Below are positions 35,306 to 49,088 of a stretch of 64,000 bases of DNA, one piece after another. A model generated the notes under the pieces. It was given only the letters and a program-made list of their open reading frames with translations, was not told the origin of the DNA and made no database searches. Made by a program: the position numbers and the translations under genes. The stretch is from positions 806,001 to 870,000 of the forward strand of contig CM068748.1 in NCBI GenBank assembly GCA_035084275.1, read 5' to 3'. Every line of letters starts with the position of its first letter. Position 1 is the stretch's first letter. This DNA comes from Hydrolagus colliei (lineage: Eukaryota).

Positions 35306-38300
35306 AAAATACTATTAACCACAGTATGTGAAAACAGGCACAGTAAACACAAAATACATATTTGGTAGCAAAGATTACAGTTAAATGTTATGCATAGCAA
35401 GAATACAATGATTCAGTTTGAGGAGTATTCAATGCACTCATTTATCAACCTTGAGGTACCAACTAAAAAAATGTTTAACCTCACAGTTCATAAATGTAGG
35501 ATTGAACATAGGATGCATTCAGCCCCTGAAGCACAGCTTGGTGCTAGGCCAAGAGCAATGTGCAGTACTCTGTAATCACTATAAGCACGTGCCATTGGAG
35601 TGTACTGTGGACAGCACCTGGGTGGACATTTCATCTCCTACTTGATGTTTGGAGGGGAGGGAATGATGAATCAGCATTCGACATTAAGTTATAAGCCAAA
35701 TGTACTTTAACACGGGGAAGGCAGAACATGGCCATTGGTAGAATGGGTTGCTTTTTGAATGAGAAGAAAATTGTTGTGGGTCAGGCAACGTTTCACATAG
35801 GTTTTTAATAAAGGAAATATATCAGGGCGAAGGATAGAGAACTTATAAGACTGTTGGGTTAAAATCTACAGAAAGTAAAATTAAGCCAGACTTGAAGATG
35901 TCAGCTGCAGAATTTAGAGCCTGCTACAGTTCAGAATGTAGCCTGGAGGAGGAGGACTGACTCATTTTACTTAAAATTAACTCACCCGACTCATATAAGG
36001 GCAAAAGCAAACCACTGGATTTCATACTACACCTCTGTTGCTTGCATTTCAAGCTACATAATTTAAATACTATTATTGAAATAGTATTTCAATAATAGTA
36101 TTATTGAAAGCCTCATGTTGAAATGTCACAATATTATTTTTAGATGCAGTGACTAACTCTGTGGGCAAACACAGTAGGTAATTAGCAACCAGTAATGGAG
36201 CCGTGACAGCAACCAGATCAATGAATAAATGTAATCTTTGTTTGTCAAATGTGGAAGAGGGATACATAATGACCAAAGCATTGAAATAACTCCCCACTCT
36301 TCATCAAATAGGATCTTTAACACCTACCTGAACCACAACACGCAAATGAGCTGTTGGTTTGACATCTCATCCAAATGGAAGTATGTCAAACAATGCAGCA
36401 ATCCCTTAATTTTCTTTACTGAATCTTACTGAGCCTTGGCAAGTCCATTGGTGCCAAGACTGACGGACAGTTGAAGCAAGTTTACGTAATTCATCCAAGC
36501 ATCAAGCAAATGCAGTTGGCTAGTTACAGGATTTTTATCCTCCCCAAGATAAGAGTTACAATACATGCATTTGATAGTGCAGCACATGCAACAAGTGACA
36601 AAACCCACAAGAAATAGAACCATCGGAAACTATAGGGAAGCATTCAACAGCAGTCCTGTTTCAGGCTCATACTATTTAAGGGGCTGTACCAATTTTTTAT
36701 TGCACCCAGGCAGCCACTTTGGGAACAATTCAAGCCACATGCAAAAAGGTAACAAAGGAAAGCCCAAAGCTGGCAACATTCATACAAAGTAGAAGCGTTC
36801 AGCCTTCAGTGAGTTTGGTAAGACGTAACGGATGGAATAATTTACCTTAATCTGGATCTTATACCTCTCTGGTAATCCCGAGAAATGGTTGTAGTTCTCA
36901 ATAGGGAGCAGAAGCTAAAGCACTTTTGCTGTTACTAACAAAACATATTGCTGTAATACTGAAGAATGAAAACACATTTGTGCTTGAAGCAATGGTTTGA
37001 TACAGTAGTGGAAACAGCCAAACTGGGCAATGAAGTACAGTACAGACTATCTATGATAGGATGGAACATATGCTTATATACACTGAGGAATGGATTTTTA
37101 AAAAGTATGTTCGAGTGTGAAATTTTCAGCCCTTGAGCCTTGTACTGTGTTACTTTAGAGAGTGAGTCAAGCCCAACCATAAGCAACCAATTGATCAATA
37201 TAATGTTACTTATCACTGAAAGCAGAGATTTAGATCAGAGTTAACCACTGGGAACTAAAATGTTCTCATTAGTCTAAATCTTTTTTTTAATTTACTGCTT
37301 CTCAATTCCTTTTTTCCCACATTCTTATCTAATTTTTCACCATATTCTTCACTTCGTCATGCTCATTTTTTGTTAATCAAGAGAGTTCTGTTGAGGACAC
37401 AGACACATTGGATGTGTTGTGGAACTCTAATGATAAGTAGGAAGCAATCAAAAAGTGCAAATAAGTGCACCAGAACCACTCATTTGGGGCCATTATTTTC
37501 ACTGACCTACATTTAAATAGTCCCGGTCACCAAAAAAGCCAATTACATTTTTCTGTGTTGTATTGGAGTATGTTCTTTTCATTACAGAACACTGTAAAAC
37601 AGTTTAATGTGGTGTGCCTGCCCAGAATTCACAACAGCATTTATTTCAATTGCAATTTCACAAATTCGGCATTACAGTACTAATATAATCAATAAGAAAA
37701 TAAGAAATACACAGCTCCCTTTGAATCTCAAGTCATTTCACCCTGATCAATTTTTCATTTTAAATGTTTACTGCAAATCTTATCGCGGTTTTTAGATTAA
37801 TTTTTAACCATGCAGGCTGCCTAGAGATCACCCAATGCTTTAATTTTGAATATATATGAAACTGTTCCAAACCCATTTTAAAGAGGCTCTGTGTCTTTCA
37901 AGCATAAATGCTTTTTCTAAAAAAAAATTCTAACCACAAAACCGACACCGCAGAAATGTTACAGCACTTTTCATACAGTTCACACAAAAAAATACTGTAT
38001 TAAATGCCCACTGAGCTGAAATGTAATCTGGCTGGTAATCAGAATCTCTCTATAATAGTAGTGAAAATGGGCCAAGTAAAGTTAATCTGCAGTATTATGA
38101 GAAACTGAAACCATTTACGCAGTAGTCACATCACAGTCAATTATTTAATAATTCATTAAATCACAATGGGTAGCTTAAACACTCCACTGTATGCATAGGA
38201 ATCATACAGGGCTTACTTCTAGGGGGGGTTTCTTTTGAACTAAAATATCTAAGAAGTTTTTTTTTATACAAAATGCCATATTCAGGTAGAGAATTATAAT

Positions 38301-38889
38301 TCCGGTGCACTGATGAAATAAATTCACTAGATGAGCTAATGTATCAATAAAATATTATTTTCCCCACATGCACACACTCCAATCATGGCAAGTTTTCAGC
38401 TGGCAGAGCAGGTAATGTCACAGGTTCACTATGTTGCAGCTTCAAGATTCATAACACATTTTATTAATAGTTTATGAGTTCTATACTTAGAGGAGTCAGT
38501 CAAACCAAGCATTCCACTGTTCTGTGCCTTAGCTGTCAGTTGCTATTATCCACCACTATAACAATAACGCGCATAGCACATGTTCTTCACTTAATACAAA
38601 ATTCCAAAGCAGTGAAATGTATGACAATTGGAGTCCAGCCCTAAAGGAAGTCTGTTCTGGTAGCTTGTTAAGTATATACAAAGTGTAAAGTATTTACTAG
38701 GCGCAGTTATAATTTCAAAACAAGCACTCTGCAACATACAGAAAAAAAAAGTTTGGTTGAACAATGCTTTCAGCTTATATAACTCGTTCTTAAAGTGCTG
38801 TTAAATGTGCCTAAAATGTCTCATAGTAAATTAGATTCTGTATCCAATGTAAAACAATTAAACTCCAACACTTTGATTAACAGTTTACA

Positions 38890-39120
38890 AATGGGAACAG
38901 GAGTACGCCATTCAACCAATTGAGAATATTCTATCATAAAATCGCTGAAAACTTCTCAATTCTATTAAACGTCCTTTTCTTTGTATCCTGACATAAGAGT
39001 ACTGCATTTATCTACCACACTTTTGAACTCCTCAATTGACTCTATATCTCTGGTCTTGTGAATCAGTTCATTCCACATCTTACAACCGGTTGTGCACAGA
39101 TATTTGTTTGTGGATTCCCT
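38890..39120 (-). mobile_element. Degenerate CR1-type LINE 3' end
   Basis: ggaacaggagtacgccattcaacc...ttccacatcttacaacc resembles the antisense of CR1 3' ends, but is highly decayed. Confidence 0.45.
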
Positions 39121-39986
39121 TTTGGGTTTAGCGGTAATTTCCACATCGCACCCTCTTTTTTCCCGAATTCCCCAACTAGAATCAAGAGTCTATTTTACTT
39201 TGTAAAATCATGAGACCTACAAGAGAGAAAAAAAACTGCTTGCTCAGACCAAAAGGAGTATTGCTTAAAAATTACTGATAGGAGCTCTAGTTTGAGGAAT
39301 TTTCATTACTTTTGCTTAACTGTACATAAAGAAATGAAATCAGGTTAACAAAACACAGTTCTTCATACAGTATCAGTGTCTGTTTAGTGTTTGTTTGACA
39401 GGTGAGGAACATTCCAGTGGTGTGAGTTATTTTTTTAAAAAAGCAAAATAGCTGGTTTACAATTCTAAAATGAAAGAACAAGGACCCACAGATCCGAATA
39501 AATTCCAACCATAAAGCATCCATTTATTGCAAGTTTTTTTTTCTCACAGCTCTTGCTGAGAACCACTTGTATAACTATTAGTATCAATCAGTAGAACTGT
39601 GAAACCAAAAAAGGCTTGTGGGACAGGCAAGTGGAATAGGAACCGTTACATGCAGCATGGCACATTAAAACTGAGGACCGTATAATGAAATAAACATTGG
39701 CACAGACGAACAGAACTGCTGAAATCATATAGCCCAGGAAACCAGGGTAATTGTGTAAGGAGAACTGCATTAAGAGTTTAATAGATTCCATATGTTCATT
39801 GCAGCACCATATAATTTACAGATTTAATAATGCCTTGCTTCTAATCAGTTCCTACACCTGCTGAACATTTATTTTACTTAACACTCATTTTGAAAAGCGT
39901 TCTAGAACAATGCTTTTCTAATGCATAAACTTGTTAGTCCAGTCTACAAATAGTGCGGTGTAACATATCAGAACTCCAACATTTAT

Positions 39987-40052
39987 CAGCGCCTTGGGAT
40001 GTTTTCCTGACGTGAAAGGCATTCTAAAATGTAATTTTTTGTTGTTGTTATT
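39987..40052 (+). mobile_element. L2 3'-terminal fragment
   Basis: cagcgccttgggatgttttcctgacgtgaaaggc followed by (GTT)n. Confidence 0.7.
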
Positions 40053-42016
40053 GAGAAACATTTTGAAAATATGTTTTGAAAAGGTTAATAACATTGTATT
40101 AAACGGTGTTGAAAGTACTAAAAATGAAGGGAAAGTTGTTTAAAAAGTTTTTTTTTAAAAAAACTGTAAGCTTTCTCAAAGGTCACAGTACATAGGAAAT
40201 GCAATCGATTCTTCCTTGTTCAGGGTGTTCCTCGGAGTACAGGGCTGAGATGCTTTGGAGCAGTGAGGAAGTGTCATACTGCAATTATTCTTGGGGGTAA
40301 CGCATGAGGTAATGGAAAATATTTAATTTCCTTGCAATAATGTTCCTCTTCTTGATGGGCACAAATTTCATCAGAAAAACAGGTTTCACATTTTTGAAAA
40401 TAATGACATTAAATTAAAAATAATGTTAGTACACTGCGCTGTGTTTAATTCCAATAAATGGACCGTTTAGAACAGCTTGGGGAGAAATTAAGATGGTTCA
40501 ATTATCAGGACTTGCTCCCAAACAGTAATCTTTTTATTTTGAAAATAAAGTACAATTGTCAATTTGCTGGATTGGGGCCTTAGTAACGTATACTGAAAGC
40601 AGATTTTATTTTTTGAAAAAAAATACAATTTTATGTTTTACGTACACCGACAGCAGAACCTGGCGCATATAATGATTATCCTATACCCATTCACTCTCCA
40701 AGCGAAGCCAAGATCAATCAATCAGTGTGCGAGCTCTTACGGGTACTGCATAAATAGGGCATAAATAACCTTAAGTGGGAGAGACACTGTATTGAGGGAG
40801 AGAAAACTGTATTTCTTCCCCTTACCATGTTATTGTCTTCCTATCCTGTTTTATGTTTCCCCTTTAGCACACAGCATTCCATGGCTGGCAAGTAACTGGA
40901 TGACCTTCCAATGTAATTCCGAACAAAATCTGAAGGTACCAGAGATGTTTTGTCCTCCTGATTTTTCTCTCCGCTTCTCTTTGTCAGGAAAATAAATCTC
41001 CTGGCTGAGATTTGGAGGTTTACAGAAGTAAATACCCATCTCATCACTTTGTGGTTCTATTCGATGATTTGGAAGGGTGTGCACCACTCCTCTCAAGAGT
41101 AAAGTACTGCTGGAAATCAAAAGAACCCCAAAATGCTGGCCACATGGCGAGAACAGTTTCTCTCTCCTTTTTTAAAAGAAAAAAACAAGAAAATTCAAGA
41201 GGAAAGTGCCACTGCTTTCTTTGCACTATTACTGCAGTGTTAACACACAGTGACCGAAACATCAGTAAAAAAAATGCAATCTACAATCAGAAACGTTGTA
41301 CTGCATTGGTTCATGTCAAAGGAAACATCTGCTGTAATGAAATGTGTGCCTTTATTGAAATAAAACACCAAATAAACAAGACAAGGTAATCTGAAATGGG
41401 AAACTGATATACAGATAAGATATTGTTACAGTAGTCTAGATGTGTTGTTGCTACAAAAACACAGCGTCCTAGTAGACAAGCATGTAAAACTAAATAACTA
41501 CCACCTCACTGTCCCCCATAACCTTCGCCAGCAAGGCACTCCACTATGTAAGGCTATAAACTATATTAATCAGGTAATTTAAAAACAGTACTAGATTAGA
41601 ACTTGAAAGACCTGTGTTCACAGAATGAGTTGGATTGAAGCCCCCAAATCGAGCATAAACTTTCATGCCTTCTCAACTCTTGATAAGAGCTTTGAGCATA
41701 ATATCCTAAACTGGAGAGGAAGAGAGAAAGTAGCAAACAATGGAGTAATGAGATTTTGATTAAAAAACAAAATAAGAATGAAAAATGTAATTAAGAGTGT
41801 AAATAACAGTTTAAAAAGCGATATTACAAGACTTTTATTTATTTGAACTGATTAGAATATTTATGGAACAAAAATCCACATTGCCCAATATGGTATTGAT
41901 GATTTTATCTACCCTAATTTTAGTTATGTAATCTCCCAGATTGTTTGGGGGTTTGTTGACCACACGCAATACCCAATGTTACAAACATTGCATCTGTCTG
42001 GAAGTTTCTCTCTTCC

Positions 42017-42304
42017 TCGCCTTGTACACGAGAGACCTGGGTTTGATTCCCAGCAGGGCAAAACCTTGGGCAAGTTTCCCTACTCCACACGCTTGATAAT
42101 AATTGCTCAAGAAAACAAAAACACTGATAAATCAGTCACTTCAACCCATGGCTGTTTGTGGGGCACTGCTATACCCAATTGGCTGCAGCGTTTCGCCCCC
42201 AAATATACAGTCAATTCACTTATTCACTATATTCTGTGAAGTGCTTTGAGACGTCTAAAAGACATGAAAAAGCGCGACATCAAATACAAAGATTATTATT
42301 ATTA
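42017..42304 (+). mobile_element. Near full-length SINE with a clipped head
   Basis: tcgccttgtacacgagagacctgggtttgattcccagcagggcaaaaccttgggcaag, followed by body, tail and (ATT)n. Confidence 0.88.
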
Positions 42305-42570
42305 TCTGTAATCGTGTAATTGTAACATAAAGATTTAAGACAGAAACTAACTAAATCCAGCACATCAGAACTAAATGAAATTCATGAACATGGTAAGTTA
42401 ATACTTTTTTTTATATGATTTCTGTAGTGGCTTTAAATAGTTTCTATTTTGAATATCAGTGTCTAGTTATGAAATATTTTTTAAAAAATACAATCAGTAT
42501 GGAACAAAAAAGAGTTTCTTTTCTTCTCAGGCCTAAAACATAACATTACTTTGGTCAAAGTCCTCTTTAG

Positions 42571-42613
42571 AACAACGACAACTTATATTTGTATAGCGCC
42601 TTTCACGTCAGGA
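42571..42613 (-). mobile_element. L2 3'-terminal fragment
   Basis: aacaacgacaacttatatttgtatagcgcctttcacgtcagga. Confidence 0.7.
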
Positions 42614-44078
42614 GTAATACAATAGTAATACAATAATTCCCTGCAATTTACAATCAATGAGGAATTTAGAAATTTAATCCATTATATAATTATCTTCCAA
42701 GCTCACAAATTCAAGTTAGCCATATGTTCGCAATCTGCTTTGAATGTTACCATGCATTATCCAATACTGTTTAAAGTTATTTTTGCAAGTCCCTATATTA
42801 ACCTTTTTGTTCTTTACTTTTTTGAAGCAGTGCTGCTCTGAACTCGAAACAAATCTCCAGCTCAACAACATATGTTTCGCACACAGAACTTTAAAATCAT
42901 CCTCATGACATCTCAGAGAACTGTTGGGACAATTATTTACCGTACAATTATGATTTAAGCTCCTTAAGTGCCCTACTCTCTGGAGATAACAGTTTTACTA
43001 CGGTTCATTGAAAAGGGGCAGTATGCAAGCCAGAAATGTTCAATATAATGTGTTCAGTCAATGCTATCCAACGTGGACTGGAAGGCCACTTAGGTTTTTA
43101 TTTGAATAGTATTAGTTTTGAAGAGTATAAACTGTGCAATCTTCATGCACGATATCCTAACATTACCACACCACTTATAAATCATCAGGGCACTCCTTTA
43201 CTATCAGAATTATGCTTTGTAACCCTCAGAGCACCCTTTCAATGAGCAAAGAATGTGTATTCTAGACACCTCTTAACCATGGAACGTTCTGTACCCATTC
43301 TCTTTAATATTCGGGAATGATTTATAAACATTTTATGATAAAATATAAAGTACTTACCACCACATAGAATGCTTTTTCTAGACTCCTCCATGCATGCCAA
43401 AATGGCTCGGTTAATAGAATAAACCATGTATTTGCATCTCAGTCTTTTGCACCCTTGGGAGGTCCAACTGAAACACTCGTGCAAGAGAAAGCCACCAAAT
43501 GCAAAGGACGTGGGAATGAAACATAGGCCACCCTGGAATTATGCAGGGAACCACCACAACATCCACAGCAGAGTTAGGGAAGACTCACTAACTAGTAACA
43601 TGGACCAGAGACATCTGACTGTATACCAGCAGCACCTTGCCCTGAGAGAGAATGTTTCAGGAACTTCTGGATTGAAACCGTAGAAACCACAAGACCCAAA
43701 AGTGGCCTAATCATCTTGCTGGACCCCCACAAAATGCATACTTCGCATGCTGCCCGACAGCAGGGAACATCTAAACATGTAGACTTGTGCAATCCTCACC
43801 GCTTAGTTGGGAGGATGTTACCCCAACTTTCGTGCAACTAACTCATCATCACCCACTCACAAATGTTTATACAAAACAGCTGCAGGATATATGCCAGTCT
43901 GAATAAATGATGGATGAACTGTACCCTGGAGCGAGTAAAGCATAGAGGTCTTTGCGCATTCAGTCCACCATATTCCCCCCACAGCCCCAAGTCTGCACCA
44001 ATACACCAAAGAAGATCACGAACACAGAGAGTTATCAGCCCCTGCCACCTACCCGAAAATCACAATAAAATATCATGC

Positions 44079-44133
44079 TATAATAATAATAATGATACTC
44101 CTTGCATTTGATATAGCGCTTTTCATATCTTAT
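44079..44133 (-). mobile_element. SINE 3' tail only
   Basis: ccttgcatttgatatagcgcttttcatatctt. Confidence 0.8.
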
Positions 44134-44404
44134 CCTTTTATGCTGCCTGTGCCCACTAGCCACTAGGCCGGACTGTTCTCAACTACGAAGGTTCACTCAC
44201 AGCCCTGCAATGCCTCAGTATTGTTCAAAGCTTACTATACTAATCTGCCTGTATATAGTGATTTAACATGCAATACCGAACAGTGAATGGGCAAATGATA
44301 AGTGTGAGAAGGCCCAATATCCATTAGGTGCTAAATACCTTTAAGTGACCGAGCTAGAGTAGATAAATGCATGCATTTTGTGAGTCCTAAGTAATGTTAT
44401 ACAA

Positions 44405-44732
44405 AATAATCCTTGCATTTTGGATACAGTGCTTTTCACATCTTATCAAAGTCTCAAAGCGTTTCACTATATATTCAATATACTGTAAAGTGAATTGACT
44501 GTATATTTGTGTGCGAAACGCGGCAGCCAATTGTGCACAGCAATGTCCCACAAACAGTCGTGGATTGAAATGACTAATTTTTATTATTGTGTTATTTTTG
44601 CAGGGATTATTATTAAGTGTGTGGAGTAAGGAAACTTGCCCAAGGTTTTGCCCTGATCTGCCTGGATTCGAACACAGGTCTCACGCTTATAAGGCTTGTA
44701 AGGCGAGTGCTCTAACCACTGAGCTACAGGAA
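44405..44732 (-). mobile_element. Full-length young tRNA-derived SINE with a small duplication in the anticodon-like arm
   Basis: Complete head, body and tail, with the duplication gcttataaggcttgtaagg. Confidence 0.92.
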
Positions 44733-46102
44733 CTACATTCTCATGTACCATGAGAATGAATAACTTTGCCATCAAATGAAATGTCCAAAACGTAACAATT
44801 CCAAGTCCCCAAATTAGATAAATTACTTCAAAACCAGTTACTGTATATTGGAAACAAAAGTCATGGTGCAATGTTAAGCTGCTTCCTACAATTACAATTG
44901 GCAACACAACTTAAGTTTCTTTAAGTAATTACTTATTTTGCTCTGGAGTTACACTTAAAAGTGTAAGATTTTATTTATTTTTCTCCATATTGTTCCCCAG
45001 AGTAGTTGTCCTAACAAGTTGCCTTCAATTATGAAAGCACAGAAATCTCATCTTGATTTCTCAATTACTGCCATCATTGTTACTTCATATTTAATTATAT
45101 GTTTGTTACACTCAGTTGACAACCACAGGACTCCAAACTCAGAGGGTTACCATGTTTAATCCCAGCCTTGGATGACATTTAAACATGCTGATCCTCAATA
45201 AACAAGTTTAAACAAATGTTTAAATTCCTACATCCAATTATCCCTCCCTCTCTTTATTTAGTTCTTCCAGTTCAGAGGTTCAAGATAAACATCAAAAATA
45301 TTCTAGGAGCACCAAGTAGAGCACAATATTCCATATGAATGCACAGGAAATAAACTAAAATTTAGTTTGTGTGAATGAACAAATCAGCATTTCATACAAT
45401 TACAAATTCTAAAGTTGAACTGCTTTTCTATTTGAACGACTTGAAGACTAATCTGGATTTAAAACTAAAACAAACGCAGTCTAAAAGAAATCCTTTGGTT
45501 TGTTGTGAAAAGCCCAATAATAAATGAACAATCTAGACACCTTTTACACATCACAATGTATGATTCTAAATGCCAAATAATAGCTGCAATTACACATTGT
45601 CACGATGCTGGAATGCAAGTGAACCACTCAAGGCTCAAAATGTATTTTGCCCTTGCGGGTTTCTGACCTCTACTGCTTGTTTTAAACAATGGGCGATGAC
45701 AAACATTAGGTGTTTCCAAATGACAGGTCTGATTTCCCAAGTCAATGAAAAAGCATTTCATGTTGCAGATTTTGTCTCCTCCATTAAACTAGTGGCGTAA
45801 CCGAATTATAGTATAACAATACCACATAATAGCACAGAACTATTAGAAGTAAATGAACTAAAAGTTTGTTTAATCCTTACATTACTATTTAACGTAAGAA
45901 AAGGTTTGTCTTCTCTCACTGCGTTTGGTAGAATTGTTGTGCTCTGTCTGTTCAGTAGCTAAGCTACTTGTCAAACATTAAATGATTCTGTTGAATTCCA
46001 ACTAAGATCTTTTCAAGCCAATATTATTATGTAAAAGACACACAATTCTGAGATATTATGAAATCTGATGACTGGTGAGCTGGCAAACAGTTTGACTACA
46101 GG

Positions 46103-46113
46103 ATATATATACA

Positions 46114-46175
<62 letters not shown>

Positions 46176-46178
46176 TAC
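46103..46178. repeat. Compound (TG)/(TA)n/(CA)n microsatellite
   Basis: Seen directly in the sequence. Confidence 0.9.
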
Positions 46179-46239
46179 ATCTCAGAGCTATGCAATAATT
46201 TTCTCCCACAGTTAATCTTAAATGTGTAAGAAACTCAGA

Positions 46240-46375
46240 GGCAGAGCCTGACGCCAAGCTGGGGGGAAGGTGACCAAAAGCACGATTGAAGAGGAAATGG
46301 GTAAGGAGAGGGCAAAGCGCAGCGATTGTGTGAGACCGTTCCAAGGTTTCGGGGCCTAGAGGTTGAAAGCGCGAG
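46240..46375 (-). mobile_element. Degenerate L2 LINE 3' region
   Basis: ggtgaccaaaagcacgattgaagagg...gttccaaggtttcggggcctagaggttgaaagc parallels 58260-58385. Confidence 0.55.
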
Positions 46376-46710
46376 AGAAAAATACTTTTGTACGTGTTGG
46401 GCGGGTTCAAGATGATATTGGCCTGGGACAGACAAGAGGCATGACTTCACAAAGTCACGGAGCATGTGAACAGGAATAGGCAACTTGGCCTATCACACCT
46501 GCTCCACCATTCATCAGTTTGTGGCAACTTGATCTTTTTAATTCCATTTCCTCTCGTTTTCTCTGCGTGTCTTATATTCCTTATTTCCCAAGCATTTATT
46601 CATTTTCCCCTTTGACACCTCAATTCATTCATTCGACATCCAGTGGCGTTTTGTGGGAATTTTCCCCACCCTGCCGTGAAAAATATGTGTTTCAGATCCA
46701 CTTTTAGTTT

Positions 46711-47046
46711 GTCAGCTCGGCTCAGTTTGCAGCACTCGAGGTCAGAAAGCTAGCTCATAGTCAGTCCACACTGACACTCCAGTAGTGTACTGCGATAGCA
46801 CAGGATTTTCCTCGATGCTTCTTGAATAAGAAGTTAAACAGAGGCCTGCCTGCCTGCCTATTCAGAGAAATATTAAAGATCCCATAATATTACTCAAAAA
46901 GATGAGTTGATCAATTACCGGTGGTTGTTTGTGGGATCTTGTTAGTGTAAATTGCTACCGGTTTTACCGTCAAAATGGTCACTTGACAGCAGTTTCCTCT
47001 GAAACATTTTGGGACATGATCAGGCAGTATAAAATGTTGAGATCTT
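46711..47046 (+). mobile_element. Ancient DeuSINE (SacSINE1/AmnSINE-like) copy
   Basis: Ordered motifs gtcagc..ggctcagt, ctgacactccagt, gttaaacagaggcct, taaagatcccat, gtttgtgggatcttg and tttgggac are colinear with the SacSINE1 consensus as recalled. Confidence 0.7.
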
Positions 47047-48184
47047 CTTATCGTTATCGTTGCAACAGATATATGTGCGTGATTTTATCCCACCACCACC
47101 CCACTTGGAAAAATACAACAATAGGCAAGCATCTCACAGCATACAGGGAATGAGAAAATATGAAGCAAATTACAATTTTTCAACTGTGGCAGCAGAATAA
47201 ACAATGATAGTTGTCAGTATAAATCACTGCAAAGATCTAAGTTTTTTTATAATGGCAGGCAGACAAATATAACTAATTATTACTTTAACAAAGTATACTA
47301 GAGAGTAATGGTGCCATCTTGTGGACAAAACGTCATTTCCATTGCGGAAGGGCCTTTGCGTTGAACTGCAGAGTCAATTTATTGAGGTTATTTTGTAAAG
47401 AGTTTTACCATTTATGAAGGAATAGGTGAATTAATCAAGGTAGGATAAAGTACTTAAAGTACTTTAAAGCCTCATCGTCACTGGTCGAGAATTGGTTTAC
47501 CAGCATACAAATAAATCTTCATACATATGCCCACAACTGCTCTCAAGCCCTCCTTTCCAAGACCAAACGCTGCGGTGGCTGTGCACACCGTGGTCATTAC
47601 CAACTGAGGAATCCAAAAGTCCACATCTTCGAGCCCTAATTTGTGCTTCATACAACGGGGCTAAAGGTTTTGTGCAGCTTTGGCAATGAGTGCCACATGC
47701 GTCGATGCACAAAATTTTGCTAAGTAATCGTTCCTTTCCGAGTCCCATCTATCTATTTGACCATCTTCAAAGCTCGACTTGAAGAGGATAGCATTGGGTA
47801 TGGTGTTGTCTTTTAAAGTGATTTTTGTTCGGTTGTGAGTTTAATCACGACAGTTAAGGAACTATGGTAAACAGCGGAAGTGAAAGTGTGCACTAAAAAT
47901 ACTAGCACCAAGCATTTTGCCTTCCCAGATCAGACGCAAGAGGAAAGATCTTTATTTTTTTTGCTCTATTCACATACTTTGACCCAAAACCTCAGAAGAG
48001 CCCCCGATAACTCGCTTGTGTGAGACATCCATTTCCCAAATCAGCCACCAATATGGACATTCTGGAAGCAGCGTTTCCAGTTTAATGCCAATAACTAATG
48101 AATTATAGATGGTTTTGTGCAGTAGATTTACCTCCACTAAGATCCGTATTGAAATTTCCCCAATTAGGAAACTTTCTGCTATCA

Positions 48185-48276
48185 AAGAATCAGGCTTTCA
48201 TCCCATCAGTGTAGGTTGGGTTTCAACCCTAGTGGCAGAGGTGAGAGGGCAGTGATCCAAGTGCACTGTCCCACCT
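48185..48276 (-). mobile_element. Ancient SINE head, LF-SINE-like
   Basis: The minus strand reads actgccctctcacctctgccactagggttgaaacccaacc, resembling the LF-SINE-type head gcctttcacctct...gggttcgaatccagcc. Short and decayed. Confidence 0.35.
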
Positions 48277-48827
48277 ATTGTTCAGGTTCACTTTCTTTGA
48301 TTTTTAGATAATTTCCCTTATGGCTACAGTGACAATGCCTGAGGCACATCAGACATCACAGCTTCATTTTTCCTGCCTCACTTGGAATCATTAATAGAAT
48401 TTACATGAGCTATCTCGAGTAACCATCAGTTGCTCCAACTTGTACAAACACTGAAAGTGGAAATTCAGCACAAAGTTTGCGATTGTTAAATTTGAAAAAA
48501 TCTGACAGGGAAACTGGGAATTTACAATATTTTTTAGGACCCCCAAAACAGATGCTGTGCACCCATTTAAATGTTCGAGCCTTTTTGTGATATTTATAAT
48601 GGCAGGTAAAGAAACGGAAAAGAATGCTACAGTGTACTCGGAAGGGGACTTCACCTGATGGGATGATACAATAGTTTCTGAAAAAGATATCCTGAAGCCT
48701 CTCTCCGTGAACTGCATTACCTTTGCATAATTACTTACTCATTACTCGCTCACTAAGAATGGAAAGAATAATAAAGCTCAGAGGGGTTTTCAGATTTATA
48801 TCCTCTGGTTTTAATTGTTTCTTTCAA

Positions 48828-49088
48828 AAAGCTTGCATCTGACACAATCGTGTCTCAAACAATATCTCAAAAGCGCTTCAAAGTTTCTGTAAGGGGTTAT
48901 TACCTGCATATGTAGGCAAACACAGTACCCAGCCGTGAAGTGATCGATTTTATCTGGAAAATTGTTGGCTGGGATACCAGGAGAAACTCCCTCTCTTTTC
49001 CAGTATTGCCATGGGACGTTTAGCACCCATCTGGCCAGGCAATCAGGCCCCTGGTTTAACATCTCCAAAGTGTAGCACCTCTGACAAT
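48828..49088 (-). mobile_element. Ancient DeuSINE (SacSINE1/AmnSINE-like) copy
   Basis: aactccctctcttttc..gccatgggacgttt..ggcccctggtttaacatctc..gcacctctgaca is the antisense of the Deu core, and the tail aagcgctt is present. Confidence 0.7.
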
